A DNA stretch of 64,000 bases from Candidatus Kapaibacteriota bacterium (GCA_048594725.1 JBMDXA010000199.1:159-64158); one strand, 5' to 3'; numbered from the stretch's first letter, positions 29,687-40,777 are shown. Made by a program: numbers and translations. Notes: a model not told the origin generated them from the sequence alone.

Positions 29687-30949
29687 ATGAGCCAACCAGG
29701 CCCGGCACAAGAGCCGGCTCCCGGCGAGGGGGCCGAAGAGAAGGGATTTCTACGATCCCCCCTTTTTCCGATCTTCCTGATCGTTCTGGTGGATGTCTTC
29801 GGCTTTACGCTGGTGCTGCCGCTGCTCCCGTTCTATGCCGAGCATCTCGGCGCATCCCCTATCACCGTGGGGCTGCTCACCGCGTCGTTCGCGGCCTGCC
29901 AGCTTATCGCGGGGCCCATCCTGGGGCGCATCTCCGACAAGGTGGGACGGCGTCCCACGCTGCTGGTGAGCCAGATCGGCACGCTGATCGGCTTTGTGAT
30001 TCTGGGCTTCGCCAACTCGCTCTGGATGCTCTTTCTCTCCCGTATCATCGATGGGCTTACCGCCGGCAACCTGAGCATCGCGCAGGCCTATATCAGCGAT
30101 GTGACCAAGCCGGAGAACCGTACCAAGGCGTTCGGCCTGATCGGTATCGCCTTCGGGGCGGGGTTCCTGATAGGGCCGGCCATCTCCGGGTTCCTCTCGC
30201 AGTACGGCTATCACTGGCCGGCGTTTGCGGCGATGACTCTCTCGGCGGGCTCCATCATCTGTACCTGGTTCCTTCTGCGCGAGGCCCCGCGCAATGCGGC
30301 GGAAGGGGAGAGAGCCAGCGCCGTGCGCGGCGGCCGGTTCTCGCAGTTCGGCAGCTTCTTCTCGCGCCCTCTTCCCAGACGGCGCCTGCTGGAGTTCTTC
30401 GCCTTCTCGCTGTCGTTCTCCACGCTGATCGGCGGCCTTGCGCTCTTTCTGGAGCGGCAGTTCTCGTTCGGCGCAAAACAGGTGGGCTTCGTCTTCGCCT
30501 TCTCCGGGCTGATCGGCGGTATCGTTCAGGGAGGGGCGCTGGGGCGTCTGGTGAAGAAGCTGGGAGAGGAGAAGCTCGCCACGGTCGGGTTCATCTCCAT
30601 GGGGCTGGGCTATTTCTTCCTCGGATGGATCTCCGGGGTACCGCTGCTTCTGGTAGCGGTGACGGTGGCCGGGTTCGGCACGGCGGTTACGCGCCCGGCG
30701 CTCACCACGCTCATTACCAAGAGCGTGGGGCGGAGCGAGCAGGGGGCCGCACTCGGCACCAGCCAGTCGCTCGCCAGCGTGGCGCAGATCCTGGGACCGA
30801 TCATCGCCGGCTGGCTGATCGAGCATTATCTGCTGAAGAGCTACGGCCTGGTTGCCGCCTGTATCGCCCTTGCCGGCGCGATGTTCGCGCTGAGCCGCGG
30901 AACACGCGAGGGAGAGATGGAGGAAGGAATGGATACGGCCAGAGCGTGA
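29687..30949 (+). CDS. MFS transporter (DHA1/tetracycline-efflux-like)
   Basis: About 12 TM helices, and MFS motif A GRISDKVGRRPTLL between TM2 and TM3. Confidence 0.85.
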   Translation: MSQPGPAQEPAPGEGAEEKGFLRSPLFPIFLIVLVDVFGFTLVLPLLPFYAEHLGASPITVGLLTASFAACQLIAGPILGRISDKVGRRPTLLVSQIGTLIGFVILGFANSLWMLFLSRIIDGLTAGNLSIAQAYISDVTKPENRTKAFGLIGIAFGAGFLIGPAISGFLSQYGYHWPAFAAMTLSAGSIICTWFLLREAPRNAAEGERASAVRGGRFSQFGSFFSRPLPRRRLLEFFAFSLSFSTLIGGLALFLERQFSFGAKQVGFVFAFSGLIGGIVQGGALGRLVKKLGEEKLATVGFISMGLGYFFLGWISGVPLLLVAVTVAGFGTAVTRPALTTLITKSVGRSEQGAALGTSQSLASVAQILGPIIAGWLIEHYLLKSYGLVAACIALAGAMFALSRGTREGEMEEGMDTARA

Positions 30950-31182
30950 TGAGATTTTCGATTTGCGATTTTAGATTTTCGATTGGGGGAACGTCCGTTG
31001 TCAGTAGTCAGTAGTGCGTCGCCGTTACAACGGGTGTACGTGCCGACGAGTACCTTCTGGTACAACGACCACGGACCACTGACAGCCGCCGCAGGCGGCG
31101 TACTGACTACTGACCTCCTCCTATCTACTATCTACAGCCGCCGCAGGCGGCGGACTAAGAGCTAAGAGCTAAGAACTAAAAA
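30950..31182. repeat. composite heptamer-word/hairpin element filling the convergent gap between the MFS and binding-protein genes
   Basis: The GATTTTC module is at 30953-30989. The GTCAGTAGTCAGTA arm (31000-31013) is a perfect 14/14 partner of TACTGACTACTGAC (31101-31114). Two copies of CAGCCGCCGCAGGCGGCG lie at 31083-31100 and 31135-31152. CTATCTA x2 follows, then TAAGAGC/TAAGAAC words from 31155 to 31187. Confidence 0.8.
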
Positions 31183-32130
31183 CTAAGCTCCAAACACTAC
31201 CTCCCGGTACGGTTCGGCGATGCTGGACTGCACCCGGTCGGCCGGAACCCCTTGCAGCGCATGGTGCAGAAGCTCGGCGGTTTCCACCAGGCGCGGGCCG
31301 GGACGGCTGAAGAAATGATTGCCGTCGAAGACGATCAACCGCACCGATGGGCGCCCGGCCAGCAGCGTGCGGAGTTCTTCGGAGGACTCGATGTCCTGCA
31401 TCGTGCGGGAGATCGCGAAGCCGCAGCAGGAGATCACGATGGCGTCGAACTCCGCCTCGCCGATCGTCTCCCAGGAGAGCTGGCGCGAGTAGTCGCCGGG
31501 ATTGGCAAGCACCGGCGTGCCCCCGGCGGCGCGGACCAGATCGGCCATCCAGTGGCCGGCCGAGAAGGGAGGAATCAGCCATTCCAGCAGAAGCACCCGT
31601 GCCGGAGCCGCCAGCGGCGGGATGGCGGCCAGACGCTCCCGCAGCATCCCGACCCGTTGTTCGCCGCGCTGGCGCAGCCCGAGAAGTTCTCCCACATCGA
31701 TGATCGTGCCCAGCACGTCGTCCAGGGTCTTCGGCTCCAGGTTTACCACGTGCGGCGGTTCCGGCAGGGCTGCCATCGCCGCGTGCACGGTTGCATAGCC
31801 CACCGCGCAGACGGTGCAGAGCTGCTGGGTGAGAACCAGTTCCGGGCGCAGCTCCTTCAACTGCTCCATATCGAGCGTGTAGAGCGTGCCGCCGTCATCG
31901 AGCTGCTGGCGCACCATCTGGTCGATCTGGTCGCTCGGCATCGATGGATTGATTCTTGCATCGGTCAGGCGCGGCCGTGCCAGAACCTCCGGGGGGAAGT
32001 CGCATTCGTGCGTCACGCCCACGAGCGTATCGGCCGCACCCAGCTCGTAGATGATTTCCGTTGCACTCGGAAGGAGGGACAGAACACGTTTCATTGTAAA
32101 TTTGTCGGCTAAAACGGTTGGAGCGGGCAT
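31183..32130 (-). CDS. periplasmic-binding-protein family (BtuF/cobalamin or Fe-siderophore type) ABC substrate-binding protein
   Basis: KRVLSLLPSATEIIYELGAADTLVGVTHECDFP is the typical PBP type-8 start. The start could be 32130 or ATG 32094. No clear signal peptide is visible. Confidence 0.7.
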   Translation of the reverse strand: MPAPTVLADKFTMKRVLSLLPSATEIIYELGAADTLVGVTHECDFPPEVLARPRLTDARINPSMPSDQIDQMVRQQLDDGGTLYTLDMEQLKELRPELVLTQQLCTVCAVGYATVHAAMAALPEPPHVVNLEPKTLDDVLGTIIDVGELLGLRQRGEQRVGMLRERLAAIPPLAAPARVLLLEWLIPPFSAGHWMADLVRAAGGTPVLANPGDYSRQLSWETIGEAEFDAIVISCCGFAISRTMQDIESSEELRTLLAGRPSVRLIVFDGNHFFSRPGPRLVETAELLHHALQGVPADRVQSSIAEPYREVVFGA

Positions 32131-32197
32131 TGTGATTCGTCCGTTCGCGGGCTTCGCCCGCTGTCAGTGGTCCGTGGTGGTTGATACTGGAGGTACT

Positions 32198-33523
32198 GAC
32201 CGGGAACATAGGTAACAAAATAGACCGGGAGCATCGGTAACAGTTTCGTAGATCGTGGCAGCAGATAAGGAGCAACGCCATGAGCTGGAAGGAAACTGAT
32301 AGAGTGCATCAACGGCATCTGTTTATCGAAGCATACCAGAGTGATCTGTACTCGATCACCGAACTGGCTGAGCGCTGGGGCATCAGCCGCAAGACTGCCT
32401 ACAAGTGGATCACACGCTTTGAAGCCGACGGCTCACCCGGGCTGGCAGACCGACGACGCTCTCCGAAGAACTGTCCGCATCGCATGCGTGCCGATATCCA
32501 GGAGCTGCTGCTGGGGTTGCGCCGCGAGCACCCGAACTGGGGACCGCTCACCTTGCGAGAGGTTCTGGCAACCCGGCATCCGCATCTGGTCGTGCCGGCC
32601 CCCAGCACAATCGGTGAGTTGCTGAAGCGCCATGGGCTGGTCGACAAGCGGCCGCCGCGTCGCAAGCTTCAGCAGAGCACCTACGCCAGCAACCCGATTG
32701 TTGCCGAGCAGCCGAATGCCCTGTGGTGCATCGACTTTAAGGGAGAGTTCCGCCTGGGCAACCGGCAGTACTGCTATCCGCTGACCGTCAGCGATGCGTA
32801 CTCGCGCTTCCTGCTGGAGTGCCACGGCTTGAGCGGTACTGCCCATGCAACGACCCAGCGGCGCATGAAGCGGCTCTTTGAGCAGTATGGGCTGCCTGAG
32901 GCGATCCGCAGCGACAACGGTGTGCCGTTCGCCTCGGTGCGCAGCCCGCTGGGGCTCTCACGTCTGAGCCTGTGGTGGGCGAAGCTTGGCATCCAGCATC
33001 AGCGTATCCAGCCCGGGTGCCCGCAGCAGAATGGGCGCCACGAGCGGATGCACCGCACGCTGAAAGCTGAGACGACGCGCCCGCCGGCAGCAAGCCTTGC
33101 TGCGCAGCAGCAGCGCTTCGATGCGTGGCGTGCTGAGTACAACCTGGTGCGACCGCATCAGGGGATCGGCTTGGCCTGCCCAGACTCCTTGTACCAGGCA
33201 AGTTCTCGGAGCTATCCGTCGCGTCTACGGCAGCCGCAGTACCCATCGCACTGTGAGGTGCGTGTGGTCGGGCACAATGGGACGATCCGCTTCAAGCAGC
33301 GGCGGGTGTTTCTGAGCTTCGTATTAACCAACGAGCGAGTCGCGCTTGAGCAGATCGACGATGGCATCTGGAACGTGCTCGTGTATGAGCTGGTTGTTGG
33401 CCGATTTGACGAGCGCGACGGGCAACTTCATTAACAACATCAACGCAGCTGATGGCAACCCGGCTCTGCTGTTCGCAGTGTTACCCATGTTCCCGGTCTG
33501 TTGTGTTACCTTTCTTTCCGGTC
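32198..33523 (+). mobile_element. IS481-family-like insertion sequence (boundaries approximate)
   Basis: A single rve/DDE transposase ORF is flanked by imperfect terminal inverted repeats. The left one is GACCGGGAACATAGGTAACAAAATAGACCGGGAGCATCGGTAACAG (32198-32243). The reverse complement of the right one (33478-33523) is GACCGGAAAGAAAGGTAACACAACAGACCGGGAACATGGGTAACAC. Each end holds tandem GACCGGGAACATGGGTAACA-like sub-repeats. I found no clear target-site duplication. Confidence 0.75.
32280..33434 (+). CDS. IS481-like transposase (HTH + integrase-core/DDE domain)
   Basis: The N-terminal HTH is ELAERWGISRKTAYKWITRF. The catalytic core is LWCIDFKGEF...YPLTVSDAYSRFLL...IRSDNGVPFAS...QPGCPQQNGRHERMHRTLK. 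Confidence 0.85.
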   Translation: MSWKETDRVHQRHLFIEAYQSDLYSITELAERWGISRKTAYKWITRFEADGSPGLADRRRSPKNCPHRMRADIQELLLGLRREHPNWGPLTLREVLATRHPHLVVPAPSTIGELLKRHGLVDKRPPRRKLQQSTYASNPIVAEQPNALWCIDFKGEFRLGNRQYCYPLTVSDAYSRFLLECHGLSGTAHATTQRRMKRLFEQYGLPEAIRSDNGVPFASVRSPLGLSRLSLWWAKLGIQHQRIQPGCPQQNGRHERMHRTLKAETTRPPAASLAAQQQRFDAWRAEYNLVRPHQGIGLACPDSLYQASSRSYPSRLRQPQYPSHCEVRVVGHNGTIRFKQRRVFLSFVLTNERVALEQIDDGIWNVLVYELVVGRFDERDGQLH

Positions 33524-33637
33524 GCTCAGGATACATACCCGGTACGGGATGCTTGCTGTATAACGACGACGGACAACCGACCACGGACCAGAGCCCGGCC
33601 GGCCTTTAATGTATATCTATTTTCCCGCACGAAAATT

Positions 33638-34090
33638 ATGACTCTTACGGAACGTATCAGCGAAGACCTGAAGAATGCCATGAAAGCCGGGGAGAAGCTT
33701 CGGGTGGAAACGCTCCGTATGGTGCGTGCCGCGCTGCTGGAGCTTCAGAAAAGCGGCACCGATGTCACCGAGGAGGCCGAGCAGAAGGCCGTGCAGAATC
33801 AGGCCAAGCGCCGCAAGGATGCCGCCGAGCAGTTCCGCGCCGCCGGGCGCGATGATCTTGCCGGCAAGGAGGACTCGGAGCTGGCTATCATCGCCGAATA
33901 TCTGCCGAAGCAGGTGGGGGATGATGAGATCCGCGCGGCGGTGGCGGCCATCATCGCCGAGACCGGCGCTGCCGGAGCCGGCGACTTCAAGGTTGTTATG
34001 CCGAAGGCCATGGGTGCACTTCGTGGCCGTGCCGATGGAGCGAAGGTGCAATCGATTGTTCGTGAAGAGCTTGAACGGAAAGGTGCATAG
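33638..34090 (+). CDS. GatB/YqeY domain-containing protein
   Basis: MTLTERISEDLKNAMKAGEKLRVETLRMVRAAL...AIIAEYLP...FKVVMPKAMGALRGRADGAKV is the canonical YqeY pattern. The start is at ATG 33638, not at the ORF-track start. Confidence 0.85.
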   Translation: MTLTERISEDLKNAMKAGEKLRVETLRMVRAALLELQKSGTDVTEEAEQKAVQNQAKRRKDAAEQFRAAGRDDLAGKEDSELAIIAEYLPKQVGDDEIRAAVAAIIAETGAAGAGDFKVVMPKAMGALRGRADGAKVQSIVREELERKGA

Positions 34091-34099
34091 AGGAAAGGA

Positions 34100-36442
34100 A
34101 TGACACAGGAAGAGCTTCTGCGCTCGAGTCTCGATCAGCTGGAGTTCCATCGCATACTGGAGCACATCGCCGGATATTCGGCGTCGTCGCTCGGCGTGGA
34201 ACACCTGAGCGAGGCCGGGCCCCTTACCGACGAGGAGGCGGTGCGCCAGGAACTGAGAATGGTGGGTGAGATCCGCCAGATGATCCAGCGCGATATGCCG
34301 CTGCCGCTCGACGGCATTTACGATATACGAGATGCTCTCAGCCTCTCCCGGATTCCGGGGGCGTATCTGAGCGGCGAAAATCTCAATCACATGGCGACCA
34401 CCTTCTCGGCGCTCAGAAGGGTGAGGGAATATTTCTCCGCCCGGCGCGAGACGTGCCCGCTCATGTTCGAACTGACCGAGCGTATCCACGCCAACAGGCT
34501 GCTGGAGAAGCATATCACCGATGCGGTGGATGACACCGGCAACGTCCGCGATAATGCCAGCCGCGATCTGGCGCGCATCCGCCGCGATATCATCGATCGC
34601 TCGGCCGCGCTCCGGACCCGGCTCCAGAAGATCCTCCGCCGCGTCTCCGACGAGGAGCTGGTGACCGACGAGTACGTGACGCTCCGCGAGGGGCGGCTGG
34701 TGCTTCCGGTGAAGGTGGAGTCCAAACGGAAGATCCCCGGCATCATCCACGGCGAGTCCCAGAGCGGCAGCACCGTGTTCCTGGAGCCGGCCGAGATCTT
34801 CGATATGAACAACGAGATCGCCGAGCTGACGTTCGCCGAACGCCGCGAGGTGGAGCGCATCCTGCGCACGCTCACCCAGGAGATCGGCGCCGAGGCAAAC
34901 CGCTTCATCGATTCGATGATGGTGCTCCAGCTTGTGGACTCCTGCAACGCGCGCGCCCGCTATGCCGAGCGCTACAACTGCGTGGAGCCGCGTGTGACCG
35001 ATGACGATGTGCTGCTGCTGCGCAACGCCCATCATCCGCTGCTGCTGCTCCGCCTGGACGATGTGGTGCCGATGTCGATCGAGCTGGATCGCGGCACCCG
35101 CTGCGTGGTGATCTCCGGGCCGAATGCCGGCGGCAAGACCGTGGCGATGAAGACGCTGGGGCTTGTCACGGCGATGGCGCTCTCCGGCATCCATCCGCCG
35201 GCCGCCGAGTGCGTTGTGCACCCGTGCAACGTCTACACCGATATCGGCGACCAGCAGTCCTTGGAGAACGACCTGTCCACCTTCAGCTCCCATATGTCGC
35301 GCATCGGGGAGATCGCACGGCATGCGACGATGGGGGATGTGGTGCTGCTGGATGAAATCGGCACCGGCACCGATCCGGACGAAGGTGGCGCCATCGCCGC
35401 CTCCATCCTGGATCACCTGCTGGCGCGCCGCACGTTCATCCTGGCGACGACGCACCATAGCTTCCTGAAGATCTTCGCCTACGAGACCGAGGCGGTGGTG
35501 AACGCCGGCATGGAGTTCGACACCAGGACGATCACGCCGACCTATCGCTTCATCTTCGGCATGCCGGGCAACAGCTATGCGTTCGAGCTGATCGAACGTC
35601 TCGGCTTCGACCCGAAGATCCTTCAGGATGCCCGCGACCGTCTGGGCGAGGAGCGCAACCGGATGACCGAGATCATCGGGCAGCTGGAGGTGGATCTCGC
35701 CGAAAGCCGGCGCATCCGCGAGGAACACCGCCGGGAGCTTGCGGTGGCCGAAGAGACCCGCCGCAAGTACGAGGCCGAGGCCCGCGAGCTTTCCGACCGC
35801 AAGCAGACGGTCATGGCCGATGCCAAGCGGGAGGCGCGCGAGACCCTGGCACGCGCCAACAGCATGATCGAGAACGCCCTGCGGGAGATCCGCTCCGGCG
35901 CCAGCAACGAGCAGGTGAAGGATCTTCGCCGCGCCATCGACGACCTCCGCGAGAACTTCTCCCGGAGCGATGCCAGGAACGAGCCGGCGCCCCCAGGATT
36001 CCGCAAGGGGGATACCGTCAGAATCAAGGGGGGAACGCAGATCGGCGAACTCCAGTTCGATCCGGACGAGAAGGGGAATGTGGTGGTGCAGTTCGGCGCC
36101 ATGCGGATGCGTTCGCATATCGACGAGCTGGAGACGGTGACGCGCAAGGAGGTGCGCCGCGAACAGGCGGGGCGCCAGGCCATCGTCAATGCCTCCGAGG
36201 CGGAGACCCGGATCGATCTTCGCGGCATGTACGCCGATGAGGCGGTCATCCGGCTGGAGCAGGCGATCAGCGCCGCGATGAACGGGAATGTCTCCCACCT
36301 GGATATCATCCACGGCAAGGGGACCGGCGCGTTGCGCACGCGCGTGCAGGAGTATCTGGCGCGCCATCCGGGCGTAGCCAGCTATCGTACCGGGGCGCTT
36401 ACCGAAGGGGGCGCGGGTATTACGATCGTCGAACTGAAATAA
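34100..36442 (+). CDS. mutS2: endonuclease MutS2 (MutS domain V ATPase + C-terminal Smr)
   Basis: It has Walker A GPNAGGKTVAMKTLGL and Walker B VLLDEIGTGTDPDEGGAIA, and the Smr domain IDLRGMYADEAV...LDIIHGKGTGALR. Confidence 0.93.
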   Translation: MTQEELLRSSLDQLEFHRILEHIAGYSASSLGVEHLSEAGPLTDEEAVRQELRMVGEIRQMIQRDMPLPLDGIYDIRDALSLSRIPGAYLSGENLNHMATTFSALRRVREYFSARRETCPLMFELTERIHANRLLEKHITDAVDDTGNVRDNASRDLARIRRDIIDRSAALRTRLQKILRRVSDEELVTDEYVTLREGRLVLPVKVESKRKIPGIIHGESQSGSTVFLEPAEIFDMNNEIAELTFAERREVERILRTLTQEIGAEANRFIDSMMVLQLVDSCNARARYAERYNCVEPRVTDDDVLLLRNAHHPLLLLRLDDVVPMSIELDRGTRCVVISGPNAGGKTVAMKTLGLVTAMALSGIHPPAAECVVHPCNVYTDIGDQQSLENDLSTFSSHMSRIGEIARHATMGDVVLLDEIGTGTDPDEGGAIAASILDHLLARRTFILATTHHSFLKIFAYETEAVVNAGMEFDTRTITPTYRFIFGMPGNSYAFELIERLGFDPKILQDARDRLGEERNRMTEIIGQLEVDLAESRRIREEHRRELAVAEETRRKYEAEARELSDRKQTVMADAKREARETLARANSMIENALREIRSGASNEQVKDLRRAIDDLRENFSRSDARNEPAPPGFRKGDTVRIKGGTQIGELQFDPDEKGNVVVQFGAMRMRSHIDELETVTRKEVRREQAGRQAIVNASEAETRIDLRGMYADEAVIRLEQAISAAMNGNVSHLDIIHGKGTGALRTRVQEYLARHPGVASYRTGALTEGGAGITIVELK

Positions 36443-36446
36443 CAGC

Positions 36447-36490
36447 ACGATGCCTCCGGCGCCGCAGGGCTCCGGGGGCATCGTCGTTTC
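36447..36490 (+). terminator. possible terminator after mutS2
   Basis: ACGATGCCTCCGG (36447-36459) pairs with CCGGGGGCATCGT (36472-36484) with one wobble, then CGTTTCG (a weak U tract). Confidence 0.35.
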
Positions 36491-36553
36491 GATGAGGAGG
36501 GACGAGATCTCCCAGCGCGAGACCCTCCCTCCCCTGAACCGAAATCCGAACCG

Positions 36554-37987
<1,434 letters not shown>

Positions 37988-38122
37988 CCCTACGGCATCT
38001 TCGATGATCTTTCCTTCTCCTCTGCGGTGCCCCCCTCGGGCTCTGGCAGGGGAGAAAACAATCTTACAAACTGCTTCCCAGCAATCTGCGACATTCGGTC
38101 CTGGCCGAAGGCGGTGCACTAT

Positions 38123-38410
38123 ATGTCAAGTAGTAGTCTTCATCGTTGCCCTCATTGCAGGACGACAGGGAAGGTAAACCGGTCGAAGCCGCGCGGCGTC
38201 GGCGAGAAGATCCGGCTGAAACTGATGCCGGTCTACAGCGTCTACCGCTGCCATAACTGCAACTGGCGCGGATGGCTGCTGCGTACTTCCTCATCCCCTC
38301 TGTCGCGGGCGCTTCTTGTGATCTGCTACGGCCTTGTTGCCGCGATCATCATCGGCGGCATCATCTTCGTGATCATCAGGAAGTGGCCCTCGGCCAATTA
38401 TCAATATTAG
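38123..38410 (+). CDS. small zinc-ribbon membrane protein (95 aa), hypothetical
   Basis: CPHC...x28...CHNC form two CxxC pairs, followed by one C-terminal TM helix (LLVICYGLVAAIIIGGIIFVII). The start is taken at ATG 38123. Confidence 0.5.
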   Translation: MSSSSLHRCPHCRTTGKVNRSKPRGVGEKIRLKLMPVYSVYRCHNCNWRGWLLRTSSSPLSRALLVICYGLVAAIIIGGIIFVIIRKWPSANYQY

Positions 38411-38488
38411 CTTTACAAGGCCGGCAAACGGCCGGTCCGCGGGAGATCCCGCGATCCATCTGACTCCTATTCCGAACCGCACGCATTC

Positions 38489-40741
38489 ATGTCTGACACT
38501 CAGGATACCCGCATAAGCACCGTGGAGGACGCCCGCGCCCTTGGTCTTACCGAGGCCGAATACGCCAGGATCAACGAGGTGCTCGGCAGAGCCCCGAACT
38601 ACACCGAACTGGGCGTCTATTCGGTGATGTGGAGCGAGCATTGCAGCTACAAGAATTCGATCGCGCAGTTGAAGACCCTTCCGCGCAGCGGCGGGCGGCT
38701 GCTGGTGGAGGCCGGCGCCGAGAACGCCGGTCTGGTGGATGTGGGGGAGGGATATGCCGTGGCCTTCAAGATCGAAAGCCATAACCATCCCAGCGCCGTG
38801 GAGCCGTTCCAGGGAGCCGCCACCGGCGTGGGGGGCATCCTCCGCGATATCTTCACGATGGGGGCCCGCCCGATCGCGGCGCTCGATTCGCTCCGCTTCG
38901 GCGGCCTGGACAACCCCCGCACCCGCTTCCTGTTCGAAGGGGTGGTGCATGGCATCAGCCATTACGGCAACTCCTTCGGTGTTCCCACCGTGGGAGGAGA
39001 GGTGTTCTTCGAGGAGTGCTACCGCGATAACCCGCTGGTCAATGCGATGGCGGTCGGGATCGTCAAGGCCGACCAGACCGTCTCGGCCACGGCCGGCCCT
39101 GCCGGGAACGTGGTGATGATCCTCGGCTCCCGCACCGGCCGCGATGGCATCCACGGAGCATCGCTCCTGGCCTCGCGCGAGTTCGATGAGCAGACCGAGA
39201 ATATGCGCCCGACGGTGCAGGTGGGCGATCCCTTCAGCGAGAAGCTGCTGCTGGAGGCATCGCTGGAGCTTATCGCCTCCGGCGTGGTGGTGGGAATGCA
39301 GGATATGGGCGCGGCCGGTATCAGCTGCTCCACCTCGGAGATGAGCGCCAAGGCCGGCTCCGGGATGACCATCGATCTGGACAAGGTGCCGCTGCGCGAG
39401 GCGGGAATGTCGGCCTACGAGATCATGCTGAGCGAGTCGCAGGAGCGCATGCTGCTGGTGGTCAGGGAGGAGGATATCGCCGTGGCCGAGAGCATCTGCG
39501 CCAAGTGGGATGTGCCGATCACCCGTATCGGCCACACCACCGACGATGGCATCATCCGGATCTCCCGTCACGGCCAGCCGGTGGCGAACCTTCCGGCCGA
39601 GAGCCTGGTGCTTGGCGGCGGCGCGCCGGTGTACGAGCGCGAGTGGCGCGAGGCATCGTATGTGAGCGAAACCCGCTCGGCCGATGTGCGCGCGCTGGTG
39701 GGGGATGTGAGCCCGGCCGAGGCGTTCGATGCGCTTCTTGCCGCGCCGAACATCGCCAGCAAGCGCTGGGTCTACGAGCAGTACGATTCGATGGTGCGCA
39801 CCAACACGGCGCAGTCGTTCAATGCCGACTCGGCGGTGATCCGCCTGAAGGAGATTCCCGGCAAGGCCATCGCCGTCGCCACCGACTGCAACAGCCGCTA
39901 CGTCTATCTGAACCCTTATGCGGGCGGGATGATCGCCGTGGCCGAAGCCGCCCGCAACGTGGTGTGCAGCGGCGCGCAGCCGGTTGCCATCACCAACTGC
40001 CTGAACTTCGGCAACCCGTACAACCCGGAGGTCTACTGGCAGTTCCGCGAGGCGATCCGTGGCATGGGAGACGCCTGCCGCAAGCTGGATACGCCGGTGA
40101 CCGGCGGGAACGTGTCGTTCCACAACGAGTCGCAGCAGCGCGCGGTCTTCCCGACACCCACCATCGGCATGCTGGGCGTCATCGACGATCTGTCGCATAT
40201 CACGCTGTCGGGCTTCCAGGAGAATGGCGATGAGATCGCATTGCTCGGATTCGAGGGCTACGAACTGGGGGGCAGCGAGCTTCTGTCGCTGCGCTCGGGG
40301 CGTGTGACGGGCGATGCCCCGGCGCTCGACATCGACCAGGAGGCGCGCCTTCAGGGGGCGTTGCTGGAGGCGATCCGTGGCGGCATGATCCGCTCGGCGC
40401 ACGATTGCTCCGAGGGGGGCCTCGCCATCGCCGTGGCCGAATCGGCCATCAACAGCAACGGTGGGAAGCTCGGCGCGGAAATCAGCTACGAGCGCGAGGA
40501 TGCAATCGCCGCGCTCTTCGGCGAATCGCAGTCGCGGGTGGTGGTCAGCTACGATCCGAAGTATAGCGATCTGCTGGCGCAGCTTGCCGAGCGTGCAGGG
40601 GTGCCGCTGGTGCGCCTGGGAAGCGTGGTGGAGAACCGCTTCTCCATCAACGGTGCGGCCATCGACACCACCGTCGATGCCATCGCCGAGCGCCATTCCA
40701 CGGCCATCGAGCGCATCATGGAGAAGGAAGCCGTCGCCTAG
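38489..40741 (+). CDS. purL: phosphoribosylformylglycinamidine synthase subunit PurL
   Basis: It has [37 protein letters not shown] and [13 protein letters not shown], and is 750 aa long. Confidence 0.95.
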   Translation: MSDTQDTRISTVEDARALGLTEAEYARINEVLGRAPNYTELGVYSVMWSEHCSYKNSIAQLKTLPRSGGRLLVEAGAENAGLVDVGEGYAVAFKIESHNHPSAVEPFQGAATGVGGILRDIFTMGARPIAALDSLRFGGLDNPRTRFLFEGVVHGISHYGNSFGVPTVGGEVFFEECYRDNPLVNAMAVGIVKADQTVSATAGPAGNVVMILGSRTGRDGIHGASLLASREFDEQTENMRPTVQVGDPFSEKLLLEASLELIASGVVVGMQDMGAAGISCSTSEMSAKAGSGMTIDLDKVPLREAGMSAYEIMLSESQERMLLVVREEDIAVAESICAKWDVPITRIGHTTDDGIIRISRHGQPVANLPAESLVLGGGAPVYEREWREASYVSETRSADVRALVGDVSPAEAFDALLAAPNIASKRWVYEQYDSMVRTNTAQSFNADSAVIRLKEIPGKAIAVATDCNSRYVYLNPYAGGMIAVAEAARNVVCSGAQPVAITNCLNFGNPYNPEVYWQFREAIRGMGDACRKLDTPVTGGNVSFHNESQQRAVFPTPTIGMLGVIDDLSHITLSGFQENGDEIALLGFEGYELGGSELLSLRSGRVTGDAPALDIDQEARLQGALLEAIRGGMIRSAHDCSEGGLAIAVAESAINSNGGKLGAEISYEREDAIAALFGESQSRVVVSYDPKYSDLLAQLAERAGVPLVRLGSVVENRFSINGAAIDTTVDAIAERHSTAIERIMEKEAVA

Positions 40742-40777
40742 CAATGCGCGGGAACCTGCAAACGTTGTATGTATGTT

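Noticed and set aside
38291-40744. An 817-aa minus-strand ORF
   Set aside because: It is exactly antisense to purL, which has unmistakable motifs. Its composition is biased (R/G/A/H/D), so it is a GC artefact.
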